Shown here in pieces: positions 8,659 through 19,414 of a stretch of DNA of 53,844 bases. The stretch is from Candidatus Theseobacter exili (GTDB lineage: Bacteria; Auribacterota; JACPWU01; Theseobacterales; Theseobacteraceae). The stretch lies in the NCBI GenBank assembly GCA_030765365.1, contig JAVCCS010000076.1, positions 1 to 53,844 of the forward strand, given 5' to 3'. The notes below the pieces were generated by a model, which saw only the letters and a list, made by a program, of their open reading frames with translations, was not told the DNA's origin and searched no databases. Made by a program: the position numbers and the translations under genes. Each line of letters starts with the position of its first letter. Within the stretch, counting starts at the first letter, position 1.

Positions 8659-10053
8659 TCAGGATTCTGGATGTGCATATTCATTCCCTACTCCCCTATC
8701 CTTTACTCTAAGCATAAGCAATGCTGCAATTATCATACAAACACCTCCTGTCACAACCCCAAGCAACCTGTTATTCCCCATCCAATGGAACATAATCCAG
8801 CCCAAACCCAATGAAACAATAATTTGAGGAATGGTAATAAAAAAATTAAAAATACCCATATACACACCAATTTTTTCTTTTGGGACGGATGTTGAAAGAA
8901 TTGCATATGGCATGGCAAGAATGCAGGACCATGCAATACCAACACCAATCATAAGAATTAGAAGCATGTTTTTATCATGAACAAAAGCAACACCCAGAAG
9001 ACCTGCTGCACCAAAAAGCAAACCAATAATGTGAGTTATTTTCCGTGAAAGCATCTTTGCTATCTTCGATAAAAACAATGAAAAAACAAGGCATACACCA
9101 TTGTAAGTGGCAAAACATATACCAGCCCACTCCACACCGTTAAGATAAGCGTCCGTCCCCTCTTTTGCTCCAAAGATGTTATTTGCTACAGTTACCGGGA
9201 AATAAATAAACATGCAAAAAAGACCCATCCATGTAAATATCTGAACCCATGCCAATTCACGCATCGTTTCAGGCATATGAATTAGATCTTGAAATATCTC
9301 TTTTGCAGCAATTCCTAATCCTTTCTTTTTACTTTTCATTTTTTTGAAAGCTTCCATATCCTCAGGCGGATATTCTTTCGTTGTCAGAACAGTCCAAAGA
9401 ACAGCAATAAAGAAAACAACAGCACCAACATGAAATGAAATTCTCACAATATCCGGAATTGCGTTATGAGCAGGAAAAAGCTTTGATAGCAGATGGTGCG
9501 TTGCACCATGAGCCGGAGGAGTAACAGAATGAGGAGAAACCACAGATCCAACTAAACCAAAAACATTTTTCAAAAGCCATGGAAACGCTGAAGCCGTCAC
9601 AGCCCCTAAACCAATAAATACTCCCTGCATTGTAAATCCAAATGTTCTTTGTTCTTCAGGAAGGACGTCGGCAACAAAAGCTCTGAAAGGCTCCATACTT
9701 ATATTAACGGATGCATCCAAAATCCATAAAAGTCCGGCAGCCATCCATAAAGAACCTGAATAAGGCATCATAAATAATGCCAATGTTGCAAGAATTGCTC
9801 CAACAAGAAAATATGGCCTTCTCCTTCCTAATCTGCACCATGTATTATCGCTCATATGACCTATAAAAGGCTGAACCAAGAGTCCAGTAAGCGGAGCGGC
9901 AAGCCACAAAATAGGAATCTTGTCTGGTTTTGCACCAAGAAACTCATAAATTGCACTCATATTTGCCATCTGAAGCCCCCAGCCAAACTGGATACCCATA
10001 AAACCGATACTCATATTGCAAATCTGTCTAATACTAAGCAAAGGCTTTTTCAT
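8659..10053 (-). CDS. MFS transporter, GPH/SLC45 sucrose-H+ symporter-like
   Basis: 464 aa, about 12 hydrophobic segments. N-terminal GIQFGWGLQ...LG motif and RLGRRRPY loop are typical of the glycoside-pentoside-hexuronide/SLC45 group. Confidence 0.75.
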   Translation of the reverse strand: MKKPLLSIRQICNMSIGFMGIQFGWGLQMANMSAIYEFLGAKPDKIPILWLAAPLTGLLVQPFIGHMSDNTWCRLGRRRPYFLVGAILATLALFMMPYSGSLWMAAGLLWILDASVNISMEPFRAFVADVLPEEQRTFGFTMQGVFIGLGAVTASAFPWLLKNVFGLVGSVVSPHSVTPPAHGATHHLLSKLFPAHNAIPDIVRISFHVGAVVFFIAVLWTVLTTKEYPPEDMEAFKKMKSKKKGLGIAAKEIFQDLIHMPETMRELAWVQIFTWMGLFCMFIYFPVTVANNIFGAKEGTDAYLNGVEWAGICFATYNGVCLVFSLFLSKIAKMLSRKITHIIGLLFGAAGLLGVAFVHDKNMLLILMIGVGIAWSCILAMPYAILSTSVPKEKIGVYMGIFNFFITIPQIIVSLGLGWIMFHWMGNNRLLGVVTGGVCMIIAALLMLRVKDRGVGNEYAHPES

Positions 10054-10150
10054 GATCCGTTCTCCTTTCTTTTTAATAAATATACCATTGAAATCACCTT
10101 GCTTTCCATTACTTTAGCTTTAACAAAATCACGTTCATTTTTTTTCGTTA

Positions 10151-10183
10151 TTCTTCATTCGGTGTTCGACATTCAATTCTTTT
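10151..10183 (+). repeat. Dispersed intergenic repeat, copy D (short fragment)
   Basis: TTCTTCATTCGGTGTTCGACATTCAATTCTTTT matches the 3' end of copy B (ATTCTTAAATCGGTGTTCGACATTCATTATTCTTT). Confidence 0.6.
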
Positions 10184-10303
10184 AGCCCGACTAGGAACAG
10201 AAATACGTAATAAAAGTATAATTAATACAAAAACGTATACTCAAAGATTTTTCTTTCTGATATAAAGATAAATATTCATAAAAACCATTTTTAGGATAAA
10301 CCT

Positions 10304-12547
10304 ATGCGTAAAATAAAAATTAAGAAGCTTGGTGGTGTTTCTCAGTTGGCCATTGAAGTCCCTGAAGATCTTGATCAAATCTGCAAGTTGGATAAAACAC
10401 ATTGGATAGCGACAAGTGCGCCATGTGATAGTTTTATATGCGATCAGGCCTTTTTAAAATATATGGATTCAGACAAAAACAACCGTATACGTACAGAGGA
10501 AATTAAAAACGCTCAGGAATGGCTGTTCAGAATGTTGTCAGACAAAAGCAGACTAGCCGAAAAAACAGATATTCTTCATCTTTCAGCTATTGATACCAGT
10601 CACCCGGAAGGAACGGCCCTACATGCAGCGGCAAAACGTATTCTTACAAACCTCAAGATTAAAGACAGCGATACAATTACACTTCAGCAAGCACAAAACC
10701 GTCAGGATATTGTTGCTCAAGTAACTTGCAACGGCGATGGCATTATTCCTCCGGAATCAATAGAAGATCCTGAAACATCAGAAGTTGCACATGATATAAT
10801 GCGTTCCATGGGAAGCACAGAAGATGCAAGTGGTGTTCAAGGAATTACTATCAAACATCTTGATAGCTTTTTGCAGGACGCACAAGCATATCTGGGATGG
10901 AACAAAAAAAGCCTCGCTCAGGAAAGACAAAAACATTCATCAATATTTGTATGGGGAGAAGACACAGCCCAAGCCTATAACTGCATACATGCAATTAAAC
11001 CAAAAATTAATGAATTTTTCAACTTATGCCATCTCATACAGTTTAATCAGGAATTTGAAAAAAAGTTCATTCTTGATGAAAAAGAGCTTGAACAATTAAA
11101 AATTAACGATTCTGAATCGTTAAAAACCTATCTTTCTGAAGCCCCGTTAAGAATACCAAATACTGAAGAAATTCTGGTTATTGATGAACATATTAATCCA
11201 ATGTACAGAAATTTACTGAACAATTTCAAAAAAACCGTTTTGTCAAAAATAACGTCAAATTCGGATGTAAATAAGCTTGATAAAAACATATGGGAAAAAA
11301 TACAGGAAGTTTTTTCTGAGTATTCGGCATGGCAAGCAGAAAAACCTGAATCACAAATAGGAATCATAAGCGCAGATACTCTTCAAAAACATCTGAACGG
11401 GCCATGCATTGATAAGCTGAGAAAGCTGATGGAAAAAGATCTTGCTATAGGAAATGAACTGCAGCAGGTAATGGATTTAGAAAAATTGATTCTATATCAA
11501 AAATGGCTATTTGAATTTTTAAGAAATTTCATTTCTTTTGAAAGCCTGTTCAACCCTGCTTCTCCATCCATAATACAGGTTGGAGCACTGATTATGGATG
11601 GACGTGTTTTCTCACTATGCACAAAGGTAACCAATCATGAAGAACACAGAAATATTGCTGCAAAAAGCAACATTTGCATTATGTATCTTTCAATAACCGG
11701 AAAAATTAAAGAAATATCCGAAACAATGGAAATTGCAACCGCGGTTACTTCCGGCACCATGTCAAATCTGTATATAGGGAAAAACGGCGTTTTTTTTACC
11801 CCTGATGGACGTGAATGGGACGCAAAGGTTACAGACATAATTATAAATCCTGTATCTTTATCTGAAGCTCTTCTAATGCCGTTTAAAAAGCTCAGTTCTT
11901 TTATAGAAAAAAACATCGATAGATTTCGTTCCAGCAAATACAACGAGATGGAAAAAGGACTTGTTAAAGGAATTGATGAAGCCGGTAATTCTCTTTCTGC
12001 GTCAAAAGAAGTCCGGAAACAAAGCCAGCCAAAAGCATCAAACGGCGGCGTCCGTGATCTGGTACTTGGAGGAAGCATTGCAATAGCTGCTCTTGGCAGT
12101 TCTTTTGCATTTATTACGAACACACTTAAAAACGTTTCTTTACTGAACATACTCTCCGTAATACTTGGTCTAATGATTCTAATAGCAGTTCCCACAATTA
12201 TCGGAGCTTATATAAAACTTCGTCAGCGAAATCTGGGTATGTTCCTTGAAGCCTGCCAATGGTCAATAAACGCACCATTCCGGCTTACTGTAAAAACAGG
12301 ACTACTTTTTACATATGTTCCAGGTTTGCCTAAAAAAACCAGTTATGGCAATTATGATATTTCCAATATATTTTTAAATCAGAAACCTGATAACAAAAAC
12401 AAATGGCTCAAATTGATTATATACATTTTGATTGCCGTTTTGTTTGGCTTAACAATTGGGTATCTGCTTTCTCGCACAGAAATTACCGAAACAATTGTTC
12501 ACTACATAAACCCGGCTTTATCAGCAACTGAAACTGTAAACAAGTAG
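10304..12547 (+). CDS. Hypothetical 747-aa protein: large soluble N-terminal region plus three C-terminal TM helices
   Basis: Long clean ORF with no family recognised. EF-hand-like loop DSDKNNRIRTEE (nt 10466-10501). Hydrophobic segments LVLGGSIAIAALGSSFAFI, LSVILGLMILIAVPTIIGAYI and LIIYILIAVLFGLTIGYLL. Confidence 0.6.
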   Translation: MRKIKIKKLGGVSQLAIEVPEDLDQICKLDKTHWIATSAPCDSFICDQAFLKYMDSDKNNRIRTEEIKNAQEWLFRMLSDKSRLAEKTDILHLSAIDTSHPEGTALHAAAKRILTNLKIKDSDTITLQQAQNRQDIVAQVTCNGDGIIPPESIEDPETSEVAHDIMRSMGSTEDASGVQGITIKHLDSFLQDAQAYLGWNKKSLAQERQKHSSIFVWGEDTAQAYNCIHAIKPKINEFFNLCHLIQFNQEFEKKFILDEKELEQLKINDSESLKTYLSEAPLRIPNTEEILVIDEHINPMYRNLLNNFKKTVLSKITSNSDVNKLDKNIWEKIQEVFSEYSAWQAEKPESQIGIISADTLQKHLNGPCIDKLRKLMEKDLAIGNELQQVMDLEKLILYQKWLFEFLRNFISFESLFNPASPSIIQVGALIMDGRVFSLCTKVTNHEEHRNIAAKSNICIMYLSITGKIKEISETMEIATAVTSGTMSNLYIGKNGVFFTPDGREWDAKVTDIIINPVSLSEALLMPFKKLSSFIEKNIDRFRSSKYNEMEKGLVKGIDEAGNSLSASKEVRKQSQPKASNGGVRDLVLGGSIAIAALGSSFAFITNTLKNVSLLNILSVILGLMILIAVPTIIGAYIKLRQRNLGMFLEACQWSINAPFRLTVKTGLLFTYVPGLPKKTSYGNYDISNIFLNQKPDNKNKWLKLIIYILIAVLFGLTIGYLLSRTEITETIVHYINPALSATETVNK

Positions 12548-12554
12548 TACAAAA

Positions 12555-13784
12555 ATGTCTCACACCTGTAATTACAAACCAAAAATCGGGATCAGCGCCT
12601 GTCTTTTAGGAAAGCCGGTAAGATATGACGGTGGACACAAACTTAATCAATTTATAAAAACGAACCTTGAAAATCTTGTTGATTTTATTGGTGTATGTCC
12701 GGAAACGGAATGTGGTTTCGGTATTCCACGTGAACAGATCAGACTCGAAGGCAATCCAGAATCTCCTCGAATTGTCGGTAAAAAAACACACACAGATAAA
12801 ACAGAAAGACTTTCAGCATGGATACAAAAGAAAATAATGGAGCTTAAAACAGAAAACCTTAACGGATTTATATTTAAAAGCAAATCACCGAGCTGCGGGC
12901 TGTACAGTCTTCCTGTTTTTACCTGTAATGAAAAGTTTCAATCAACCGGAACAGGACTTTTTACCAAAGCGTTTATAAAAAAATTCCCGAACATACCTGC
13001 AGAAGAAGACAGTACTCTTAAGACAAAAACTCAATTAAATAAATTCCTGAAAAACGTTTTTCCCGCGATAAAATTTAATTATATGGAGAAAAAAATGAAT
13101 TTTCCCGACATTATAAATACTTTAAAATCCCATTCAAATCCGGAATCAATAAAAGGTATGGCACGGTTCGGAATTAATCCTGAAACTGCGTTAGGTGTTT
13201 CGATGCCGACACTTAGAAGTATTGCCAAAACAGCCGGGAAAAGCCATTCTCTTGCCGAAAAGTTATGGTCTTCAGGTATTCATGAAGCAACAATACTTGC
13301 AAGTATTGTTGATGATCCCAAAGAAGTTACTGAAAGCCAGTTGGAAAATTGGGCTCATGATTTCAATTCATGGGATATTTGCGACCAGTGCTGCATTAAT
13401 CTTTTTAGAAAAACTCCTTTTGCCTGGCCCAAAGCCATTGAATGGAGTCAGAGAAGTCCGGAATTTGTAAAAAGAGCCGGATTTGCACTTATGGCTACAC
13501 TTGCAGTTCATGATAAAAAAGCTACTGACAATCAATTCAATATTCTTTTTGAAGCGATAAAAAGAGAATCAACAGATGAAAGAAACTTTGTAAAAAAAGC
13601 CGTTAACTGGGCACTCAGACAAATCGGGAAACGCAATCTTTCTTTGAATGAAGCAGCAATCAGGGTTTCAAAAGAAATTCAGCTAACTAATTCCAAAAGC
13701 GCAAAATGGATTGCTTCCAATGCAATCAAGGAACTTACTGACCTAAAAGTACAAGATAGACTAGCAAATACAAAAAATTCATAA
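12555..13784 (+). CDS. Fusion protein: DUF523 (TudS-like, Cys-rich) N-terminal domain + DNA-alkylation-repair (AlkC/AlkD HEAT-like) C-terminal domain
   Basis: N-terminus GISACLLGKPVRYDGGHK, GVCPE and SPSCG resembles DUF523. From about aa 177 the sequence resembles the DNA_alkylation family (MARFGINPETALGVSMPTLRSIAK...LWSSGIHEATILA...WDICDQCC...NFVKKAVNWALRQIGKRN). No stop codon separates the two parts. Confidence 0.75.
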   Translation: MSHTCNYKPKIGISACLLGKPVRYDGGHKLNQFIKTNLENLVDFIGVCPETECGFGIPREQIRLEGNPESPRIVGKKTHTDKTERLSAWIQKKIMELKTENLNGFIFKSKSPSCGLYSLPVFTCNEKFQSTGTGLFTKAFIKKFPNIPAEEDSTLKTKTQLNKFLKNVFPAIKFNYMEKKMNFPDIINTLKSHSNPESIKGMARFGINPETALGVSMPTLRSIAKTAGKSHSLAEKLWSSGIHEATILASIVDDPKEVTESQLENWAHDFNSWDICDQCCINLFRKTPFAWPKAIEWSQRSPEFVKRAGFALMATLAVHDKKATDNQFNILFEAIKRESTDERNFVKKAVNWALRQIGKRNLSLNEAAIRVSKEIQLTNSKSAKWIASNAIKELTDLKVQDRLANTKNS

Positions 13785-13863
13785 CAACGACTGGCATTCT
13801 ACTTATTTTTAAACGTCGAGCGAGACTTTACCCTAAAACGTTATACAAAGAGTCGAGCGTCCT

Positions 13864-13892
13864 GTTGAAAGCCTTTCTGCTAACCTTTCAAC
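13864..13892 (+). terminator. Candidate hairpin terminator downstream of the DUF523-AlkD gene
   Basis: GTTGAAAG (13864-13871) pairs perfectly with CTTTCAAC (13885-13892) around a 13-nt loop, followed by a T/C-rich tract. The stem is AT-rich and there is no clean U-run. Confidence 0.35.
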
Positions 13893-13999
13893 ACTTCCCT
13901 CTTCTTTCTTTTAAAACAATATGGTAGTATTTTTTAAATTAAATCGTATTTTTACAACTCAAATAGAATTTTCTGGATTAAATTCAAAAGGAGTAAAAA

Positions 14000-14602
14000 A
14001 TGATTCACTTATCAAAAAAGTTTTTGCCAAACATATTTCTAATTTTTATAGCTATGCTTTTTGCCGGCAATATTTTTGCAGATGATGTAACTGACTCAAT
14101 TGATGAAGCCGTTGATCACTATAAGAAAGGACAATTCAGAAAAGCGACAAGCAGCCTGGATTTCGCGACACAGCTAATCCGTCAGAAACGCGGAGAAAGC
14201 CTTAAAACAATTCTTCCTGAGCCTCTACAGGGATGGACATCTGAAAAAGCTTCTTCTCAAGCCATGGGATCTGCAATGATGGGAGGGATGATATCTTCTG
14301 AAAGAATGTATAAAAAAGGAGATAGTACAATAACAATCCGTATTACAACAGATTCACCTATGATTCAGGGAATGGTAATGATGATGTCCAATCCTGCATT
14401 TGCCTCCTCAACAGGAGGAAAAGCGATTAAGGTTAAAGAGCAACAGGCAATAATGAATTTTAGAGAAGCAGGTAATAGCGGAGACGTTAACATAATTGCT
14501 AATGACAAGTTTATGATCACTGTCGAAGGAAATAATATTACTGAAAAAGACCTCACAGATTATGCTTCAGCAGTTGATTACGAACAATTAAAAAGTCTGT
14601 AA
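14000..14602 (+). CDS. Secreted hypothetical protein (signal peptide), Met-rich
   Basis: 200 aa. N-terminal KKFLPNIFLIFIAMLFAGNIFA/DD looks like a signal peptide. AAGGAG RBS upstream. No recognised domain. Met-rich stretch SQAMGSAMMGGMIS...IQGMVMMMSNP. Confidence 0.6.
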   Translation: MIHLSKKFLPNIFLIFIAMLFAGNIFADDVTDSIDEAVDHYKKGQFRKATSSLDFATQLIRQKRGESLKTILPEPLQGWTSEKASSQAMGSAMMGGMISSERMYKKGDSTITIRITTDSPMIQGMVMMMSNPAFASSTGGKAIKVKEQQAIMNFREAGNSGDVNIIANDKFMITVEGNNITEKDLTDYASAVDYEQLKSL

Positions 14603-14645
14603 ATCATACAGACGTTTTGTTTGCATAATTTGCACAAAAACAAGT

Positions 14646-15401
14646 CTATAATTCTGTCGGAATATCTATAAAAAGAACCTCGAGGCCAAGGTCTGATTTT
14701 ACTCTTTCCATTAGTGCTTTTAATCCGAAAGTTTCAGTAGCATAGTGGCCTCCAAACACAACATTAATACCGAGCTCTTTAGCCAGGTCAAACGCTGCAA
14801 GTTTGGATTCTCCGGTTATAAAAAGATCAACACCTTCATCCACTGCCTCTTCAAGAGCAGAAACCCCACTGCCTGACACAACCCCAATCCTCTGCACTTT
14901 ATTTTTTCCGAACAAAAGTTCCCTGCATGGCATCTTTAATACATGCTCAATTCGTTCAATAACGCTTTCTATGCTCTCAGACTTGTTCAAGTCTCCCCAT
15001 ACTCCAACCTTCATTGGTCCATACTGCCCGAACTTTCCTTTGACATCTATTTTTAAAGCTTTGAGGAACAAAGCCCCGTGTCCGAATTCCGGATGCACAT
15101 CCATAGGCAAGTGTGCTGCATAAAGCGATGTGCCCCTATCCATAATGACTTTCAATCTGGAATAAACAATCCCTGTAATTTCTTTTAAACCGCCCCAGAT
15201 CAAACCATGATGACAAACAATCAGATCAGCTCCCTCTTTACAAGCTCTTTCGGCTCCTTCCTGACAGAAATTCACCATAAAAGCAATTCTGGATATATTT
15301 GCCCCCCCCTCAACCTGAAGTCCGTTAAGGGATTCGTCCGGAATTTCATGAATATGAAGCAACTCATCAAGATAACGGCAAACATCTTTAAGATTTTTCA
15401 T
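14646..15401 (-). CDS. Nif3-family dinuclear metal centre protein (GTP cyclohydrolase I type 2 homolog)
   Basis: Motifs CHHGLIWGG, AAHLPMDVHPEFG and GGHYATETFG. Start set to ATG 15401 (MKNLKDV), because the ORF-track start at 15410 is a GTG. Confidence 0.85.
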   Translation of the reverse strand: MKNLKDVCRYLDELLHIHEIPDESLNGLQVEGGANISRIAFMVNFCQEGAERACKEGADLIVCHHGLIWGGLKEITGIVYSRLKVIMDRGTSLYAAHLPMDVHPEFGHGALFLKALKIDVKGKFGQYGPMKVGVWGDLNKSESIESVIERIEHVLKMPCRELLFGKNKVQRIGVVSGSGVSALEEAVDEGVDLFITGESKLAAFDLAKELGINVVFGGHYATETFGLKALMERVKSDLGLEVLFIDIPTEL

Positions 15402-15434
15402 TACACACACTCTTTTCTATCTAATTAAAGTAAA

Positions 15435-16013
15435 CTACATGTCCAGAAAGTTTTTTAATAGGGCTTTGCCCTGCACCGTTAAAATCGACTCCGGGTGAAA
15501 CTGCACACCCCAAATAGGACTGCTCTTATGACGCACGCCCATTATCTCGTTATCATCTTTTGAAGTAGCGGTAATCTCCAGTTCGGTTTCGGGAAAAGTC
15601 TGCTTATCTATCACTAAAGAATGATATCTGGTGGCTTCAAAAGGACAGGGAATAGAATCGAATATTTCAGAGCCGTTATGTTCTATCATGGAAGTCTTGC
15701 CATGCATAATATTTGCAGCTCTTACAATATTACCTCCAAAAACTTTTCCAACACATTGATGACCAAGACAAACGCCAAATATTGGAATCTTCCCAGCGAA
15801 ATATTCAATTACATCACAAGAGATCCCCGCTTCATTAGGAGTGCATGGTCCCGGAGAAATTACGATTCTCCGTGGATTAAGATCTTCAAGTTCCTCAATC
15901 CTCGCCTGGTCGTTACGAACAACAAGCGGAGTTGTTCCTAATTCCCCGAAATATTGAACAAGATTATATGTAAACGAATCGTAGTTATCAATCAACAAAA
16001 GTTCAGTTTTCAT
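15435..16013 (-). CDS. trpG: Anthranilate synthase component II (glutamine amidotransferase)
   Basis: [20 protein letters not shown] (catalytic Cys) and FHPES motifs. Immediately downstream of trpE and overlapping it. Start set to ATG 16013 (MKTELL). Confidence 0.85.
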   Translation of the reverse strand: MKTELLLIDNYDSFTYNLVQYFGELGTTPLVVRNDQARIEELEDLNPRRIVISPGPCTPNEAGISCDVIEYFAGKIPIFGVCLGHQCVGKVFGGNIVRAANIMHGKTSMIEHNGSEIFDSIPCPFEATRYHSLVIDKQTFPETELEITATSKDDNEIMGVRHKSSPIWGVQFHPESILTVQGKALLKNFLDM

Positions 16014-17496
16014 TAGTATCCTTGAATGCTTCTGCCATAACAAGAGCTTCCATCATGGCTTCAGCTTTGTTCAATGTTTCCTGGTGTTCTGTCGCTGGAT
16101 CTGAATCAGCAACAATACCGGCACCGGCTTGTATATAAGCCTTACCGCCTTTCATCAGAACTGTTCGAATAGTAATACATGAATCCAAATTACCTGTAAA
16201 TCCAAAATAAGTTACTGCACCTGCATAAGGCCCCCTGCGGGTATCCTCAAGCTCCTCAATTATTTCCATTGCTCTTATTTTTGGTGATCCGGAAACTGTT
16301 CCTGCAGGGAAAGCTGCTCTTAGGACATCAAACTGATCGCATCCTTCTTTAATATGACCTATTACACTTGTAACTATATGCATCACATGAGAATATTTCT
16401 CTATTACCATTTTTTCAGGAATTTCTATTGTTCCAAAACGACTTACCCTGCCTACATCGTTCCTTCCCAGATCAACCAGCATAATATGCTCAGCCCTCTC
16501 TTTAGGGTCTGCAAGCAGTTCTTTTTCCAATTCCAGATCTTCCTGAGGATTCTTTCCTCTAGGCCTTGTTCCGGCAATCGGTCTAACCTCTATCCTACCA
16601 TCCTCACACCTAACCATAATTTCAGGTGAAGCTCCGGCCAGAGATACTTCACCAAATTTGAGAAAAAACATGTATGGAGATGGATTCACAGACCTTAAAG
16701 ACCTGTATACAGAAAAAGGAGAAGCATTAATATCCGCCTCAAAACGCTGAGATAACACAACCTGGATAACATCACCGTCAAAAATGTATTCCTTCGCTTT
16801 TTCAACCATTGATTCAAATTTTTCTTTACTCATATTGGATTTTATATCTAACTTGCGATGCTCAGTTTTTGCTTCCATGGAAGGAAGAACAGCAGGTTCT
16901 TTCAATCGTAGTACTATATTGTCAATTTTTTCTATAGCCTGCTGATATGCTTCCAGAGGATCATCTTTAATAAAAGCATTGCTAACAACCTTGACAGTAT
17001 GACTTATCCTGTCAAACACCAGTAAAGTATCCGCAATCATAAAAAAGGTTTCGGGTACACTCAATTCATCTTTAGCTGTATCCGGAAGACGCTCAAAATA
17101 CCTTACCACGTCATAGCCGATATATCCCACAGCACCACCGCAAAAACGCGGTAAGTTCTCATCTTCCACCAATGAATAACAATTTATAATTTTACGCAAT
17201 TCATCAAGAGGATCGCCCTTACAATCAAAAACCTTCTCCTGATTGTTTTCCTCAATTTTAATCCTTCTGCCAGTGCTTGAAAAAGTGATTGCCGGATCAG
17301 CGCCTAAAAACGAATAGCGCCCAATTTTTTCACCACCTTCAACACTTTCCAGCAAAAAGCCATAATCCTGTCCCTGACCAAGCTTTACATAAGCAGATAC
17401 AGGAGTTTCCATATCTGCCAAAAGCTCACGATAAACAGGAACAACATTTCCTTCTTTTGACTTTTTGAGAAACTCTTCTTTATTAGGATAAATCAT
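16003..17496 (-). CDS. trpE: Anthranilate synthase component I
   Basis: 497 aa. [16 protein letters not shown] Trp-feedback motif, chorismate-binding C-terminus ([38 protein letters not shown]). Confidence 0.9.
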   Translation of the reverse strand: MIYPNKEEFLKKSKEGNVVPVYRELLADMETPVSAYVKLGQGQDYGFLLESVEGGEKIGRYSFLGADPAITFSSTGRRIKIEENNQEKVFDCKGDPLDELRKIINCYSLVEDENLPRFCGGAVGYIGYDVVRYFERLPDTAKDELSVPETFFMIADTLLVFDRISHTVKVVSNAFIKDDPLEAYQQAIEKIDNIVLRLKEPAVLPSMEAKTEHRKLDIKSNMSKEKFESMVEKAKEYIFDGDVIQVVLSQRFEADINASPFSVYRSLRSVNPSPYMFFLKFGEVSLAGASPEIMVRCEDGRIEVRPIAGTRPRGKNPQEDLELEKELLADPKERAEHIMLVDLGRNDVGRVSRFGTIEIPEKMVIEKYSHVMHIVTSVIGHIKEGCDQFDVLRAAFPAGTVSGSPKIRAMEIIEELEDTRRGPYAGAVTYFGFTGNLDSCITIRTVLMKGGKAYIQAGAGIVADSDPATEHQETLNKAEAMMEALVMAEAFKDTNEN

Positions 17497-17511
17497 TAGA
17501 TGCCCTCTCTC

Positions 17512-17898
17512 TTAATACACCTTGTCTGGATCAAATATCTTATCCATTATAATTTCCAGCTCACCGGATTCAGTATCCAGCTTCCTGAAAAAACACGATC
17601 TGTAACCTTTGTGACAAGCCCCTCCAATCTGTTCAACAAAAAGCACGACTGTATCAAGATCACAATCGAAAAGGATTTCCTGAACATTCTGAACATGTCC
17701 GGATGTTTCACCTTTTGCCCACAGTTTTTTTCTTGATCTACTCCAGAAATGTGCCTTTCCGGTTTCAATTGTTTTATCCAGCGCTTCCTTATTCATATAT
17801 GCAACCATCAATACAACTCCGTTTTCAGCATCTTGAACAATCGCCGGCAAAAGACCCCGTTCATCGAATTTTACCCAATCAAGTTTATTTTCGCTCAT
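17512..17898 (-). CDS. hisI: Phosphoribosyl-AMP cyclohydrolase (monofunctional HisI)
   Basis: LLPAIVQD...VLMVAYMN...WSRSR..LW.KGETSGH.Q...DCD.D motifs. ATGA start/stop overlap with hisF at 17895-17898. No HisE domain is present. Confidence 0.9.
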   Translation of the reverse strand: MSENKLDWVKFDERGLLPAIVQDAENGVVLMVAYMNKEALDKTIETGKAHFWSRSRKKLWAKGETSGHVQNVQEILFDCDLDTVVLFVEQIGGACHKGYRSCFFRKLDTESGELEIIMDKIFDPDKVY

Positions 17899-18665
17899 CT
17901 GACACACACATTCCTTTCTCTTAAATATTCTTTAACCTGTTTTACAGATGTTTGTCTGAAATGAAATATTGACGCCGCCAGGACTGCGTCTGCTTTACCC
18001 TCAGCTAACACATGGTACATATGTTCCAAAGCACCTGCACCGCCTGAAGCAATTAAAGGGACCGGCACAGCCTCTGATACAGCCCTGTTTAAAGGAATAT
18101 CATACCCTTCCTTTGTGCCGTCAGCATCCATACTTGTTAAAAGAATTTCTCCGGCACCCAGTGAAACAACTTTCCGTATCCACCCTATTGCATCCATGCC
18201 AGTAGCATTTCTTCCTCCATGGGTATACACTTCCCAGGAAAGCCCTCTTTCTGTAACATCGCTTTTTCTTTTAGCATCTACAGCTACAACAATACACTGG
18301 CTTCCAAACCGATCCGCAGCACTCTTAACAAAGTCCGGGTTATTAACTGCAGCAGTATTGATGGATACTTTATCTGCCCCTGCTTTCAGAAGAGCACGAA
18401 TATCGTCAAGATTGCGTATACCTCCACCAACAGTAAGAGGTATAAAAACACGTTCAGCAGTCCTTGCAACTACATCAAGCATTATCTTTCTTTCATCAGA
18501 CGATGCAGTAATATCAAGAAATACAAGCTCATCAGCTCCTTCTTTATCATAAAAACTTGCAGCTTCAACAGGATCGCCTGCATCTCTCAGATTTACAAAC
18601 TTCGTTCCCTTAACAACACGCCCTCCTGTTACATCAAGGCAAGGGATAATACGTTTAGCCAACAT
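17895..18665 (-). CDS. hisF: Imidazole glycerol phosphate synthase cyclase subunit
   Basis: 256 aa. [32 protein letters not shown] and ASGGAG motifs. Located within the his operon. Confidence 0.95.
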   Translation of the reverse strand: MLAKRIIPCLDVTGGRVVKGTKFVNLRDAGDPVEAASFYDKEGADELVFLDITASSDERKIMLDVVARTAERVFIPLTVGGGIRNLDDIRALLKAGADKVSINTAAVNNPDFVKSAADRFGSQCIVVAVDAKRKSDVTERGLSWEVYTHGGRNATGMDAIGWIRKVVSLGAGEILLTSMDADGTKEGYDIPLNRAVSEAVPVPLIASGGAGALEHMYHVLAEGKADAVLAASIFHFRQTSVKQVKEYLRERNVCVR

Positions 18666-18681
18666 AGAACATACACCTTAT

Positions 18682-19392
18682 CTAGATTATTTCTTCTAAT
18701 TTTACGTTTCCTGTATAAAGAGCCTGGCCAACAATGACACCTTCTAATTGTGGATTTTTCATTTCTTTTAGACGAACTACATCTTCTTTACAGGAAATTC
18801 CTCCCGATGCTATTACATTCATCGAAGTATTATCAATAAGACGCTCTAACGCATCATAATTTGGTCCCTTAAGTGTTCCATCACACTTAACATCAGTGTA
18901 AATTACAGTCTTCACACCCAAATTTTCAAGTTCTTTAGAAAAATCCAGAACGTCTTTACCAGTATCCTCAACCCAGCCTTTTGCAACCAACTTCCCGTCA
19001 CGCGCATCAAGAGCAACTGCTATTTGATCTGAGTATAAATCTAATGCCTTTTCCAAGAAATCAACTGATTTGTAAGCGCTTGTTCCAAGTATTGCGCGAT
19101 GTACCCCTGCATTAAACACAACTTCCAGATCATTCAAAGTTCTAATACCGCCACCCAGTTCTATCGGAATATTAAGCTGCTTTACAATATCTTTAACAAT
19201 ATGTATTTGAACCGGACTACCCTGAAATGCTCCATCAAGATCAACAAGATGCAAATATTGTGCACCCTTTCCCTGCCATTTTAAAGCAGCATTTACTGGT
19301 ACTTCATCGTATACTGTCTCAGCATCAGCTTTACCCTGATAAAGCCTGACACACCTTCCTCCTTTTATATCTACCGCGGGGAAAATCATCAT
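18682..19392 (-). CDS. hisA: ProFAR isomerase
   Basis: 236 aa. IFPAVDIKGGRCVRL, LHLVDLDGA, ELGGGIR and ASGGIS motifs. Confidence 0.93.
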   Translation of the reverse strand: MMIFPAVDIKGGRCVRLYQGKADAETVYDEVPVNAALKWQGKGAQYLHLVDLDGAFQGSPVQIHIVKDIVKQLNIPIELGGGIRTLNDLEVVFNAGVHRAILGTSAYKSVDFLEKALDLYSDQIAVALDARDGKLVAKGWVEDTGKDVLDFSKELENLGVKTVIYTDVKCDGTLKGPNYDALERLIDNTSMNVIASGGISCKEDVVRLKEMKNPQLEGVIVGQALYTGNVKLEEII

Positions 19393-19414
19393 TCGTTATA
19401 CTCCAAATATATGA

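Noticed and set aside
10466-10501. Calling the DSDKNNRIRTEE loop a bona fide EF-hand
   Set aside because: It matches the canonical loop pattern at positions 1, 3, 5, 8 and 12 but has Arg at position 9, and I saw no clear flanking helix pair or second hand. It is kept only as a hint within a finding.
11635-12195. 186-aa minus-strand ORF inside the 747-aa gene
   Set aside because: It is an antisense shadow ORF with no start context, and the plus-strand frame is much longer and cleaner.
14609-14647. Imperfect hairpin between the convergent secreted-protein and nif3 genes, a possible bidirectional terminator
   Set aside because: The stem needs several mismatches or bulges (AGACGTTTTGTTTGCA / TGCACAAAAACAAGTCT) and has no clear U-run, so it is too weak to call.
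18219-18737. 172-aa plus-strand ORF (and the 145-aa ORF at 18115-18552) overlapping hisF/hisA
   Set aside because: Both lie entirely antisense to well-supported his genes. Their composition is low-complexity and they have no RBS, so they are typical shadow ORFs.
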